Virus record (IMG/VR): IMGVR_UViG_3300029931_000005
From: an uncultured virus (IMG/VR IMGVR_UViG_3300029931_000005)
Lineage: Duplodnaviria; Heunggongvirae; Uroviricota; Caudoviricetes
Direction: 5' to 3' (one strand)
Length of the DNA: 29,299 nucleotides
The translations under genes and the position numbers were made by a program. Below the pieces are notes generated by a model, which was not told the origin of the DNA, made no database searches, and worked only from the letters and a program-made list of their open reading frames with translations. Numbering within the stretch: the first letter of the stretch is position 1; the number at the start of each line of letters is the position of its first letter. Shown here one piece after another: positions 18,985 through 26,823 of the stretch.

Positions 18985-19319
18985 TATTGACTTAACTCCG
19001 CTTCGGCCTGCACGCTGATCTGCGTGTTCGGCCGTATAAACGTGACCCGATACAAACGGCCGTTGAGGGTGAACCGGTCGTCTTTTTGAATATCTAACGT
19101 GGTGTCACCCACCACCACGATCTGGGCCCGAGACTCTTCTGACTTTTCGCCGTTCGCCTGTCTGCCGCGGCTGCGGGTACGCTCGACACGCACTGTTTGA
19201 GCTGCCAGTATGGTGGTTGACCCACTCACATCCCGGCGCAGCACGAGGGAAACGGAGTTATCGCCGATCAAGCTGGCAACATCCGCCTTCATCTTGGCAA
19301 TGTCAGCAGCAGTCAGCAT
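18984..19319 (-). CDS. Head closure / head-tail joining protein
   Basis: MLTAADIAKMKAD...LDIQKDDRFTLNGRLYRVTFI pattern. Confidence 0.7.
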   Translation of the reverse strand: MLTAADIAKMKADVASLIGDNSVSLVLRRDVSGSTTILAAQTVRVERTRSRGRQANGEKSEESRAQIVVVGDTTLDIQKDDRFTLNGRLYRVTFIRPNTQISVQAEAELSQ

Positions 19320-19622
19320 TTAGCTGCGGTCCAGGTATTGCACCAGCAGCTTGCCGCCAGTAGAGGCGGTGCCGCCAGCGTTGTTGATGGTGTTGGCAGC
19401 CGTGATGGTGAACTCACTGGTGAGATCGGCAATGTCGGTGACGGCCGTACCTGCGCCAGGGAAGTGCAGCACGCTGATCAGCTCGTCAGCGGTGCTGATA
19501 CCCGTCACGGTGCGGTTACCCGCGCTGCCACCAGCAACAACGGCCATCTTGAAAAGGCCTCGCGCCAGCACCCCCTCGCGGGAACCAAAATCGGTTAAAG
19601 TTTGGACTTTAGGCATGGTCAA
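19320..19622 (-). CDS. Small virion structural protein
   Basis: Gly/Thr/Ala-rich 100 aa, translationally coupled within the head-completion genes. Confidence 0.6.
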   Translation of the reverse strand: MTMPKVQTLTDFGSREGVLARGLFKMAVVAGGSAGNRTVTGISTADELISVLHFPGAGTAVTDIADLTSEFTITAANTINNAGGTASTGGKLLVQYLDRS

Positions 19623-20278
19623 ATCTCCTCGGTCATGTAGGTGGGATACGTAGCCTGCATACCAATCGGGCCAACGTAATCTGCCACCATCTGGTCAAAC
19701 TGCTCATTTAATTGGGTGATGACCGACCCAATCGACGCATTAAGGTTCGACTTGTCGATCATCACATCCCCAAACTGATACTTCCAGTTATCACCCACCG
19801 CCCCGGCATTGATGAGGCGCAGCGCCTCCGCCTGGGCTTTGGTAATAACAATGTCCTGCATTTCATCTTCCAGGTAGGGGTACACCTCATCATCATTGAG
19901 GACGTGCCCGGCGCGGTACCACATATAGAAGGTGACGCTGTAGGCGGGCGTGGGTACAAAGGTGATGGTTTTGCCTGTGATGCTGTACTGCCCAGGCAGC
20001 GAGATGCCATTGAGAGGCACGAGGCCACCCCCTGGCTGCACATACACACCGTCGCCGGTGATGGTGCTCTCAAAGCGGATGATGCCCACAAAGTCATCGG
20101 GCAACGCATACGAGGCGGTGCCGTTCACCACGTTGAGCGCGGCACGCCGCTGCATGCCGACCTTTTTGGAGAAAGCTCGAACTGACCGCTTAACGGCCGA
20201 AATCATCTGCTCGGTCGTTAGGCCAGTCGGAAAGTAAACCTCCAGCTCCTCTATCAGGTCATCCAGAGCAATGGCCAT
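19619..20278 (-). CDS. Head-tail adaptor protein
   Basis: VVNGTASYALPDDF...ITFVPTP motifs and position downstream of the capsid gene. Confidence 0.6.
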   Translation of the reverse strand: MAIALDDLIEELEVYFPTGLTTEQMISAVKRSVRAFSKKVGMQRRAALNVVNGTASYALPDDFVGIIRFESTITGDGVYVQPGGGLVPLNGISLPGQYSITGKTITFVPTPAYSVTFYMWYRAGHVLNDDEVYPYLEDEMQDIVITKAQAEALRLINAGAVGDNWKYQFGDVMIDKSNLNASIGSVITQLNEQFDQMVADYVGPIGMQATYPTYMTEEI

Positions 20279-20856
20279 TAAGCAACCTCGAATTCCCCGT
20301 CACGCTGGAAGCGGACCAACCAGGCACCGGGATAATCGGCAACGGCCGTTTCAAACTGAGCAAACGGCACACGGCGGGACTCACCTTGCAAGATGCGACT
20401 GCCACCCAGAATGGCGGAGGCCAGGGTGTTCAGGCGGATAACCACCTCGGTAGGGCGATCTTCCCAATCTGCATAGACGGGGGTGCCGTCCCCACCTTCC
20501 GGGTCACCCGCAACGGGGTCATCTGCGACCGGTGCGGCCGTGTCATCAGACTCGGGCTCGGGCTCGGCTACGGCATCACCCGGTTCACCCGCGCCCCCAG
20601 GTTCAACATCGGGATCCGAATTCGGGGTATTTAGGTCACTTACCTCGGGGGTTGGTTCCTGGGGCGCAGGCGTACCCACGGCGGCTCCGGTCAACTCGGC
20701 CTCAGCAGCAGCCAGAATTTGATCGGCCGTTGTTTCGCCAATGCCGGAGATGTTGGTCAGCCCTTCCTTGCCAGCCTGCAGCGCCTGTACGGCCGTTTTG
20801 ATACCAGCATCGTCCAGGAGCTTGCGGGTGCGTGCGTTTAGCGTTTCAAAAGACAT
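20278..20856 (-). CDS. Helix-hairpin-helix protein with acidic Pro-rich linker
   Basis: Start moved to ATG 20856 (AGGAGG SD). LLDDAGIKT...LTNISGIGETTADQI is an HhH motif. Confidence 0.7.
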   Translation of the reverse strand: MSFETLNARTRKLLDDAGIKTAVQALQAGKEGLTNISGIGETTADQILAAAEAELTGAAVGTPAPQEPTPEVSDLNTPNSDPDVEPGGAGEPGDAVAEPEPESDDTAAPVADDPVAGDPEGGDGTPVYADWEDRPTEVVIRLNTLASAILGGSRILQGESRRVPFAQFETAVADYPGAWLVRFQRDGEFEVA

Positions 20857-20875
20857 GGTACCTCCTGATAGGGAG

Positions 20876-20913
20876 ATGTGCGGCGGGCCGGAGTAGGGGA
20901 GCCCGCCGCACAT
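20876..20913. other. 13-bp perfect inverted repeat downstream of the capsid gene (stabilising, processing or terminating stem)
   Basis: ATGTGCGGCGGGC (20876-20888) / GCCCGCCGCACAT (20901-20913); no U-tract on the minus strand. Confidence 0.55.
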
Positions 20914-20943
20914 TAAGGAAAAGGCGCTCAGCTAATTGGGCGC

Positions 20944-23742
20944 TTAGCTGATCTTGACGTAGGCGCCCTTGCCAGGAATCGGGGCGATATACCCGTTGTA
21001 CTGCTGGATATAATACTGTTCGCTGGCCACCAACTCGCGGTCGCTGTTGTAGGTCGGGAACGGGCCTTTCAGCTCCATTGCCCCGAAGGTGCGGTACATC
21101 AGCAGCTCGCGGTTGTGAATGAGGGCGTAGGCATCGGTGAACACCGGCGAGGCGTACACATCCAGCCCCTTCATCCGCCCCACGTACCCGGCTTCGTCCA
21201 ACATGGTGTCAGGACGGGCACCTGCGGCCGTGAAGAAATCGGCGTTGGAAATCAGGTCGCTGTTGGTCTTGCTCATCAGCATAATTTCCGGGGTGTAGAA
21301 GCGGTTCTCCACCTTCACCCGCGCCGTACCGGCTTTCTTGAGAAATTCCTTTTCGGAATCGGTGGCCGAGGCCCAGGTGCCGCCAGAGTTGCTGGCTACG
21401 GTGAGCACACGGCTCAAGGCATCGTGCATCAGGTTGCTGTCAATCCGGCGCATCACCTCTTTCATGAGCAGGTTGATGGTCCGGCCGACCACGTCGTAGC
21501 CCAGCTGGGAACGGCTGAATTTGATAGCCTCGTCGGTCACTTCCGTGGCCAGGCGGTCGGCAATCAAGCTCAGGTCCTCGTAGGCCACTTTGGAGCGGGC
21601 GCGTTCAATACCCAGGCCCTCACCCTTGCGGATGGCTTTGTGGGTGTAACTCACGTAGACCGTGGCCGCGTCAGCGATTGCCCCGTCGGCGAAGTTCATG
21701 AAACGGCCGTTGGTGTGGTCAATCACGTAATCGGTGCCATAGGTGTACAGCGTGCCGCCACCAGAGGCGGCGCTGCGAGCCACAATCGAGCTGGGGTCAA
21801 CACGCTTGTTGGCCAGGTTCACCCAGGTGTCGTCATCGGCAGTGATGCTTTCGTCGGTGACCGTGACATTGGTGCCGGTCTCTGCCTCATATTGAGCCTC
21901 ATAGAACACGCGGGTGGGGTTGGTGTCCACCGTACCCACATCGAAGATGCTCAGCGCCACCAGCTGCGGGAAAGCCTCGTCCACGATGGCCCGGAGCACG
22001 CTGTAAGGCGAGTTCAACTGGCTGGTGGTCATAGCCTCCTGCCAGTCGTGGGCTTCCTTGGCCAACTGGCGCTCAAACTGCTTGTCGAACGCTTCCAGGT
22101 ACAGCTTGGTGAAGCGTGCGGCCCGGCTGGTCTGGCTGCGATTTTGGCGCGGCTGCCAGAAGTTGTGGGCAATCATGGATTCGGTGATTTCATAAGCAGC
22201 CCGAGCAAACTCAGGCACATTAGCTTCGGCTTCAATCATCGGCACGATGTGCTGCACACGGCCGTTGCCACCCATACCCATTTGGGTCAGACGCTCTTTG
22301 GCGACCAGGGGGGCGAACAAGGCTTTGGCCTCTTCCAATTTGGTCTTGGCAATTTCCGCGGTGGCCGCTTCGCCGATATAGGCCTTCACCCGGTCCTTAT
22401 ACAGTTCGGGATAGGGCAGCTCAGCAACGGCCGTTTCCACGTAAGTGGCGGCTTCACGAGCCAGGTCTTTGGCGCGGCCCTCGTCCAGCTTTTTCTGCTC
22501 AGCGGCCAGCGCTTCGGCCAGGTTGCCATCGGGGCCAATGCCCAGGCGTTCGCGCAGAGCTTTCTCGGCCGCAGCAGCGGCAGCCTGTTCTTTGGCTTGG
22601 ACTTCGACCAGTTCGGCCTGACGTTGGGCTTCGGCCTCTTCCAGCTTGGCAGCCTTGTCGGCAGCAGCTTTGGCGGTTGCCTCGGCCGTTTTCACGGCTT
22701 CTTGCAGCTCTTTGATTCGAGCTTCGGCCGCATCAACGGCAGATTTGTCTTTGGCTTCACGCAGGGATTTCAGTTCTTTCTGCGCTTCGGCCAACTGTTG
22801 TTTGAGTTGTTCAATGTCCATTTCGTTCGTCGTGCCTCCATTTGCACTTTCTTGGAATGCGGTGACGCCAGCACCGGCAAAGCCTGGCTCCAGGACCAGA
22901 TCGGCCCCGGTTAAGCGCAGCCAGATAACCTCATCGATGGTTTCGTCACCCTCTTTAACTTGCTCACTCTCGCCGTAGGCCCTAAGCGAGATAGGAGGCA
23001 TCACTCCCGCTCGCATAACCGACAGGACATCTTTGCCAACGGCCGTTTCCACGACATTGCCAGCGATGTAGACCCAGCCGTCCGATTCGTCGAACCAGAC
23101 GTCGTCCCACACCACCACAACTTCGCGGAGCATTGGCCGCTGATACTTGTCCCCCGGATGAGCATCCTCGCCGGTCAGGATGGCGCGTGCCTGGGAAAAG
23201 CTCTCGTGCAGGTGGGAGCGCGCTTCTTCCACCGCATCACGGAGCACAATCCGCCGATACCGCCTGCCATTGCGATTTACCACATCCGCTTCGGCTAATT
23301 TGGCCTCTACACGCGGCACACCTGGTTTCTTCTTGTTCTTGGCTTCAACCAGGCGCACTGCGCTTGCATACGTTTCTGTAAATTTGGAGCCGCGCTTGAG
23401 GCGCTGCTCTGACATAGGGGCTGGCTCTCCTCCCCCGCCCTGGCTGCCGGGCAACTGGTAGCCCAGCTCGATCACTTCCCAATCCTCACGAGGGGCAAAC
23501 GTCACCTTGGCACCATCGCGCTGATAGGCGACCATGTAGAATTCGTCGATGGGCAGCTGGCTGCTGGACACCACGATGAATTCAGCAAAGGTGTCCTCAA
23601 CGTTGAACCACTCGCCGCTTTCATAGTCCCAATTGCTGGGGAACGTCTTGTGAAATGCCCGCACAATGACGTGCCGGGTGTACTCGATGGAACCCTTTAC
23701 CAATTCAGTTAGCGGGCTGCCCCGGTTAATACGCTTTTTCAT
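20944..23742 (-). CDS. Prohead protease-scaffold-major capsid polyprotein
   Basis: NRNGRRY...GEDAHP...ISLRAYG...GADLV protease motifs (T4 gp21-like), an Ala/Glu/Lys coiled coil, then a capsid-like C-terminal ~360 aa; AAGGAG SD. Confidence 0.88.
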   Translation of the reverse strand: MKKRINRGSPLTELVKGSIEYTRHVIVRAFHKTFPSNWDYESGEWFNVEDTFAEFIVVSSSQLPIDEFYMVAYQRDGAKVTFAPREDWEVIELGYQLPGSQGGGGEPAPMSEQRLKRGSKFTETYASAVRLVEAKNKKKPGVPRVEAKLAEADVVNRNGRRYRRIVLRDAVEEARSHLHESFSQARAILTGEDAHPGDKYQRPMLREVVVVWDDVWFDESDGWVYIAGNVVETAVGKDVLSVMRAGVMPPISLRAYGESEQVKEGDETIDEVIWLRLTGADLVLEPGFAGAGVTAFQESANGGTTNEMDIEQLKQQLAEAQKELKSLREAKDKSAVDAAEARIKELQEAVKTAEATAKAAADKAAKLEEAEAQRQAELVEVQAKEQAAAAAAEKALRERLGIGPDGNLAEALAAEQKKLDEGRAKDLAREAATYVETAVAELPYPELYKDRVKAYIGEAATAEIAKTKLEEAKALFAPLVAKERLTQMGMGGNGRVQHIVPMIEAEANVPEFARAAYEITESMIAHNFWQPRQNRSQTSRAARFTKLYLEAFDKQFERQLAKEAHDWQEAMTTSQLNSPYSVLRAIVDEAFPQLVALSIFDVGTVDTNPTRVFYEAQYEAETGTNVTVTDESITADDDTWVNLANKRVDPSSIVARSAASGGGTLYTYGTDYVIDHTNGRFMNFADGAIADAATVYVSYTHKAIRKGEGLGIERARSKVAYEDLSLIADRLATEVTDEAIKFSRSQLGYDVVGRTINLLMKEVMRRIDSNLMHDALSRVLTVASNSGGTWASATDSEKEFLKKAGTARVKVENRFYTPEIMLMSKTNSDLISNADFFTAAGARPDTMLDEAGYVGRMKGLDVYASPVFTDAYALIHNRELLMYRTFGAMELKGPFPTYNSDRELVASEQYYIQQYNGYIAPIPGKGAYVKIS

Positions 23743-23765
23743 GCCTCTCTCCTTGGCAGAAGATC

Positions 23766-23797
23766 AAAAAGAGCCAGACTTTTACTGTCTGGCTCTT
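23766..23797 (-). terminator. Intrinsic terminator-like hairpin just upstream of the capsid gene
   Basis: Minus strand AAGAGCCAGAC-AGTAAAA-GTCTGGCTC-TTTTT. Confidence 0.7.
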
Positions 23798-23831
23798 AGG
23801 CTATGGCATGGACGCCAACGGGTTGTTGGTG
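23798..23831 (-). promoter_or_regulatory. Conserved phage promoter-like element, copy 3 (capsid operon)
   Basis: CACCAACAACCC-N16-TAGCCT; 17 bp identical to the copy at 14832-14848. Confidence 0.75.
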
Positions 23832-23878
23832 CGTCGTATGTGGTTTTGGGAATTCGGGGTAACTAAATCGCTATTCTG

Positions 23879-24223
23879 CTACTCACCTTTTAGAATGAGC
23901 TTGATGGTTCGCGCCGCCCCCTGATTGACCGGAACGCCGCTGGTGCCGCTGCGGACTTTGATCCAACGGCCGATGCCGATCAGATCGTCAGACCCCAGAG
24001 CAATGGCACGAGAAGCGGCAGCAGTGATGGTGAATTCGGTTGCGGCCTTGTCGTACACATTATTGTAGGTGCCGGTTTCAGTAACGGCCGCTTGCAGCGT
24101 GAGGTTGGCTGCGGTCCAGGCATCGGGCATCACAACACCAACCAGGGTTTTGGTACCCAGATACACGGCCGCGCTGAGTGACGCGCCGTTGGGGATTACA
24201 ACATCAATTACCGCATCGTTCAT
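23879..24223 (-). CDS. Small beta-rich protein, possibly capsid decoration
   Basis: IPNGASLSAAV...MPDAWTAANLTLQ...IKVRSGT..PVNQGAARTI; AAGGAA SD; adjacent to the capsid gene. Confidence 0.6.
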   Translation of the reverse strand: MNDAVIDVVIPNGASLSAAVYLGTKTLVGVVMPDAWTAANLTLQAAVTETGTYNNVYDKAATEFTITAAASRAIALGSDDLIGIGRWIKVRSGTSGVPVNQGAARTIKLILKGE

Positions 24224-24252
24224 GATCCAATTCCTTTTTTAGAGTGACATAT

Positions 24253-24292
24253 AGCGGCAGGGTAACGCACTGCCACCAACGGGCTATTGGTC
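24253..24292 (-). promoter_or_regulatory. Conserved phage promoter-like element, copy 4
   Basis: GACCAATAGCCC-N16-TACCCT-N6-A. Confidence 0.7.
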
Positions 24293-24338
24293 AAATGGCC
24301 GCAGCAAGTCCCCGTCTCGGGTGGGGGACGGCCGTTGC

Positions 24339-24821
24339 TTACGGTAGTTTTACCCCACTGTTTGCTATCCTCAATTTGTAATAATACTTATCACCAAGCG
24401 CTCGCACCTTTTGGGGGTCCGATTTTCTGCCGACACCGTTGCATAAGGGAGACATATCATATATTAACTTTTCCTCATATCCCTTTCGTGCATCTTTTCC
24501 CGAAAGACGCACGGCTTCGTGCTGGCTCACATCATACAATTGGCACCACAGTTCTACATGCTGCTTGGGCAAACCCATTCCCTTTACAATATCTGCGGCG
24601 TCATACATATCTACTGTAATATTTTCTATCCCGGCAACCTCAATTGCTTCACTTAAGTTGCGGTTTGTTCTTTGCTTCCTAAAATGCTCCCAAACCCTTG
24701 ATGGAGCATAGGTGCTTTCGCCAATATAAAGGATGTCCTCGCCGCATCTAAAAACATAAACGTAATAGTCGCCATCTGGATACGTGTCGTTTTTGATTTC
24801 TTCGTAATTGGTAGCAATCAC
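24339..24821 (-). CDS. GIY-YIG nuclease
   Basis: YYVYVFRCGEDILYIGES....RVWEH; start moved to GTG 24821 behind an AGGAGAG SD; AT-rich. Confidence 0.8.
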   Translation of the reverse strand: MIATNYEEIKNDTYPDGDYYVYVFRCGEDILYIGESTYAPSRVWEHFRKQRTNRNLSEAIEVAGIENITVDMYDAADIVKGMGLPKQHVELWCQLYDVSQHEAVRLSGKDARKGYEEKLIYDMSPLCNGVGRKSDPQKVRALGDKYYYKLRIANSGVKLP

Positions 24822-24856
24822 TTTTGCTCTCTCCTGTTCCAGTTGTGATAATTGAG

Positions 24857-24882
24857 AAAAAAGGGCGAAACGGCCGTTTCGC
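24857..24882 (-). terminator. Intrinsic terminator-like hairpin built on the iterated palindrome
   Basis: 18-bp perfect palindrome GCGAAACGGCCGTTTCGC (24865-24882) followed by CCTTTTTT on the minus strand. Confidence 0.65.
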
Positions 24883-24920
24883 ACAAAGTATTAGGCGCGG
24901 CAGCTTCTCGCGGGTGGGGC

Positions 24921-25013
24921 GATCGTAACGATCTCGGGTCACAGAGATAAGCCAGTGTCTGTGGTTGTAACAACCACAGAGATGTCTGTTCGTGTAACAC
25001 GAACGGACATCTC
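24921..25013. repeat. Three tandem inverted repeats, each centred on G-TAA-C
   Basis: GATCG-TAA-CGATC (24921-24933); TCTGTGGTTG-TAA-CAACCACAGA (24958-24980); GAGATGTCTGTTCGTG-TAA-CACGAACGGACATCTC (24979-25013). Confidence 0.9.
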
Positions 25014-25389
25014 AACCATCCGTGTTAGGCGTACAGTTAGCCTCGTCCTCCGGGTCGTCTCGCTTTGGTTTCCCTAGTACCTCTGGCGCGAGTCGGCAGA
25101 TCGTGACGAGTCCGTCGCTCGGATCGATGCCTAGGCGCTCGCGGAGATGTTTTTCGCTCCACTGGAGGTAATCTTCCTTCTCGCGACGCCAACGCGCCCT
25201 TGCCTCCAGAAACCTCACCACCAACGGATGGTCTGCCGGGTACATCTTCAGCATTTCTTCCAGCTTTTTTTCTGCGACAGGACGCACCTCTTCGATTCTC
25301 CGTAGTGCGTCCTTCAGCGCTGCCAAATAAACTTCCAGGTTTTCACCCTCAATACCACTCAAAAGCTCTTCGGTTCCATCGTGTGTCAT
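25012..25389 (-). CDS. Hypothetical helical protein carrying a scaffold-like peptide
   Basis: Likely start ATG 25389 (GGAG SD); contains EKHLRERLGIDP. Confidence 0.65.
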   Translation of the reverse strand: MTHDGTEELLSGIEGENLEVYLAALKDALRRIEEVRPVAEKKLEEMLKMYPADHPLVVRFLEARARWRREKEDYLQWSEKHLRERLGIDPSDGLVTICRLAPEVLGKPKRDDPEDEANCTPNTDG

Positions 25390-25428
25390 GTTATTATCTC
25401 CATCTTGGATATTTTTACACAAAATAAA

Positions 25429-25731
25429 CTACCCACCACTCCCCCCAACGGCCGTTTTCACATCTGCCCGGTCCAGGATGGCCGTAGCGGCTTCGCGTCG
25501 GACACTGGGGTCAGAGTGGGCCAATAGGCACACCAGTGTATGGACCGCTGCGGGTGCCGCAATTTCGAACCTTTCATTATTCTGACGAATGCGATCACTG
25601 ACTTTATTGTAAAGCCCGACGCACTGATCGACCGCGAAGCCGTGCTCAGCCATCAGAATCTGGGCCACGGTCAGCATTATCTGACCAGCTAAATCTCCCG
25701 GCGCAGGCGCACCCAACCTCACCACAGACAT
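25429..25731 (-). CDS. Chimeric protein: paralog of 26523..26813 fused to a copy of a TerS C-terminal segment
   Basis: Start ATG 25731 (AAGGAG SD); hand alignments given under findings. Confidence 0.75.
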   Translation of the reverse strand: MSVVRLGAPAPGDLAGQIMLTVAQILMAEHGFAVDQCVGLYNKVSDRIRQNNERFEIAAPAAVHTLVCLLAHSDPSVRREAATAILDRADVKTAVGGSGG

Positions 25732-25753
25732 ATTCTCGCTCCTTATCTCAATA

Positions 25754-26215
25754 TTACTCACGGCCATCCTCCTCGACTGTCGTCTCCTCAACGGCCGTTT
25801 CTGTACCCTGAACCAACTTGGGATATGGTTCGAGGTAACCCATATCCCCCTCGTGTTTGGGAACCAAGGCTACGGCCGTGACTGCGAGAATTTTTGTTAC
25901 AACCTGCGGCCCATCGGGGCTGAGCTGGTCTGACTCCACAACCATACTGAGCGCCGGTCGGAGGTTGGCGGCGACGGCTTCATCAAGTGGCGTTTCAAAA
26001 TATATGACCAACTGGCCATCCACAAGCCGAACCTGGCCAATGGCATCCTCCAGGCGATACCCAGGCCACAAGGGAGTCAGGTTATAGCTAACAAGCGTGC
26101 CAGGCAGCATTTGCCGCACCAGTTCCTTTGCCTCATCGGATAATGTGTACCCGTTGAAGGACTCGCCCATCAACATGCCGTCATGCAGAACATAAGCGCC
26201 ATATGCCTTACTCAT
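25754..26215 (-). CDS. Hypothetical protein, possible degenerate prohead-protease paralog
   Basis: Start ATG 26215 (GAGGAGG SD); collinear motifs shared with the capsid protease domain. Confidence 0.55.
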   Translation of the reverse strand: MSKAYGAYVLHDGMLMGESFNGYTLSDEAKELVRQMLPGTLVSYNLTPLWPGYRLEDAIGQVRLVDGQLVIYFETPLDEAVAANLRPALSMVVESDQLSPDGPQVVTKILAVTAVALVPKHEGDMGYLEPYPKLVQGTETAVEETTVEEDGRE

Positions 26216-26226
26216 CTCCATCCTCC

Positions 26227-26523
26227 TCAACGGCCGTTTTTCTGGCCACTTCTCAAGTTTTCCAACATGTGGTCAAGATCGCTGGATAAATCCCATAGCG
26301 GTTCCAGGATCGGGTACGTTGTAACATCTGCGCTCATCAGGCCGGTTTTTGGGATGTGCACGGCAAAATCGTCAGGCAGCTTAGATTCGATAGTAAACAG
26401 TGCTCGATCTAGCCAGTGCATGATGTCATCAAGAACGGCAATCAGAACCTCACTGTTGCCCGCGCTGGCTTGAATCAACCGGGAGAGGGGAATAGCCACC
26501 AGGGTTTCGTTGATAGAATCCAT
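26227..26523 (-). CDS. Hypothetical protein
   Basis: TAATG coupling and GAGGGGG SD; no family recognised. Confidence 0.6.
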   Translation of the reverse strand: MDSINETLVAIPLSRLIQASAGNSEVLIAVLDDIMHWLDRALFTIESKLPDDFAVHIPKTGLMSADVTTYPILEPLWDLSSDLDHMLENLRSGQKNGR

Positions 26524-26813
26524 TATGCATCCCCCTCGACGGCCGTTAATGCCTCAGGCGCGGCCGTTCCCTCTTCCGCCCACGCCGCCTGGCCACCACG
26601 CAGCACGGCATTGTTCTGGCGGATGTGTTTGACCACCTTTTCGCCAAACTCGACACACTGATCTTGGGTAAAGCCATAGTCACCTATCAGGACCTGGGCC
26701 GCAGCCGTCATTATCTGGCTGGCCGAATCCTGGCGCACCTGCATCTCAAATGCCGCCTCGCGCAGCGCCTGGCGCTGTCTGCCGCTTACCTTGGTTTTGA
26801 TTTTCTTTCTCAT
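26523..26813 (-). CDS. Hypothetical protein
   Basis: AAGGGAAGGA SD; has an internal paralog at 25429..25731. Confidence 0.7.
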   Translation of the reverse strand: MRKKIKTKVSGRQRQALREAAFEMQVRQDSASQIMTAAAQVLIGDYGFTQDQCVEFGEKVVKHIRQNNAVLRGGQAAWAEEGTAAPEALTAVEGDA

Positions 26814-26823
26814 GTCCTTCCCT

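Noticed and set aside
20918..20943. Terminator immediately after the capsid stop codon
   Set aside because: The stem has a C-A mismatch on the coding strand and only four Ts, so it is too weak to call.
21115..22914. 599-aa plus-strand ORF and other long antisense ORFs
   Set aside because: Antisense to strongly codon-biased structural genes, with no SD or recognisable motif.
24308..24329. GTCCCC/GGGGAC hairpin after the GIY-YIG gene
   Set aside because: Short stem, long loop and no U-tract.
26227..26523. Short matches of this ORF to the portal (ILEPL, LDxIxxW) and adaptor (LPDDF)
   Set aside because: Too short and not convincingly collinear to claim paralogy without a profile search.
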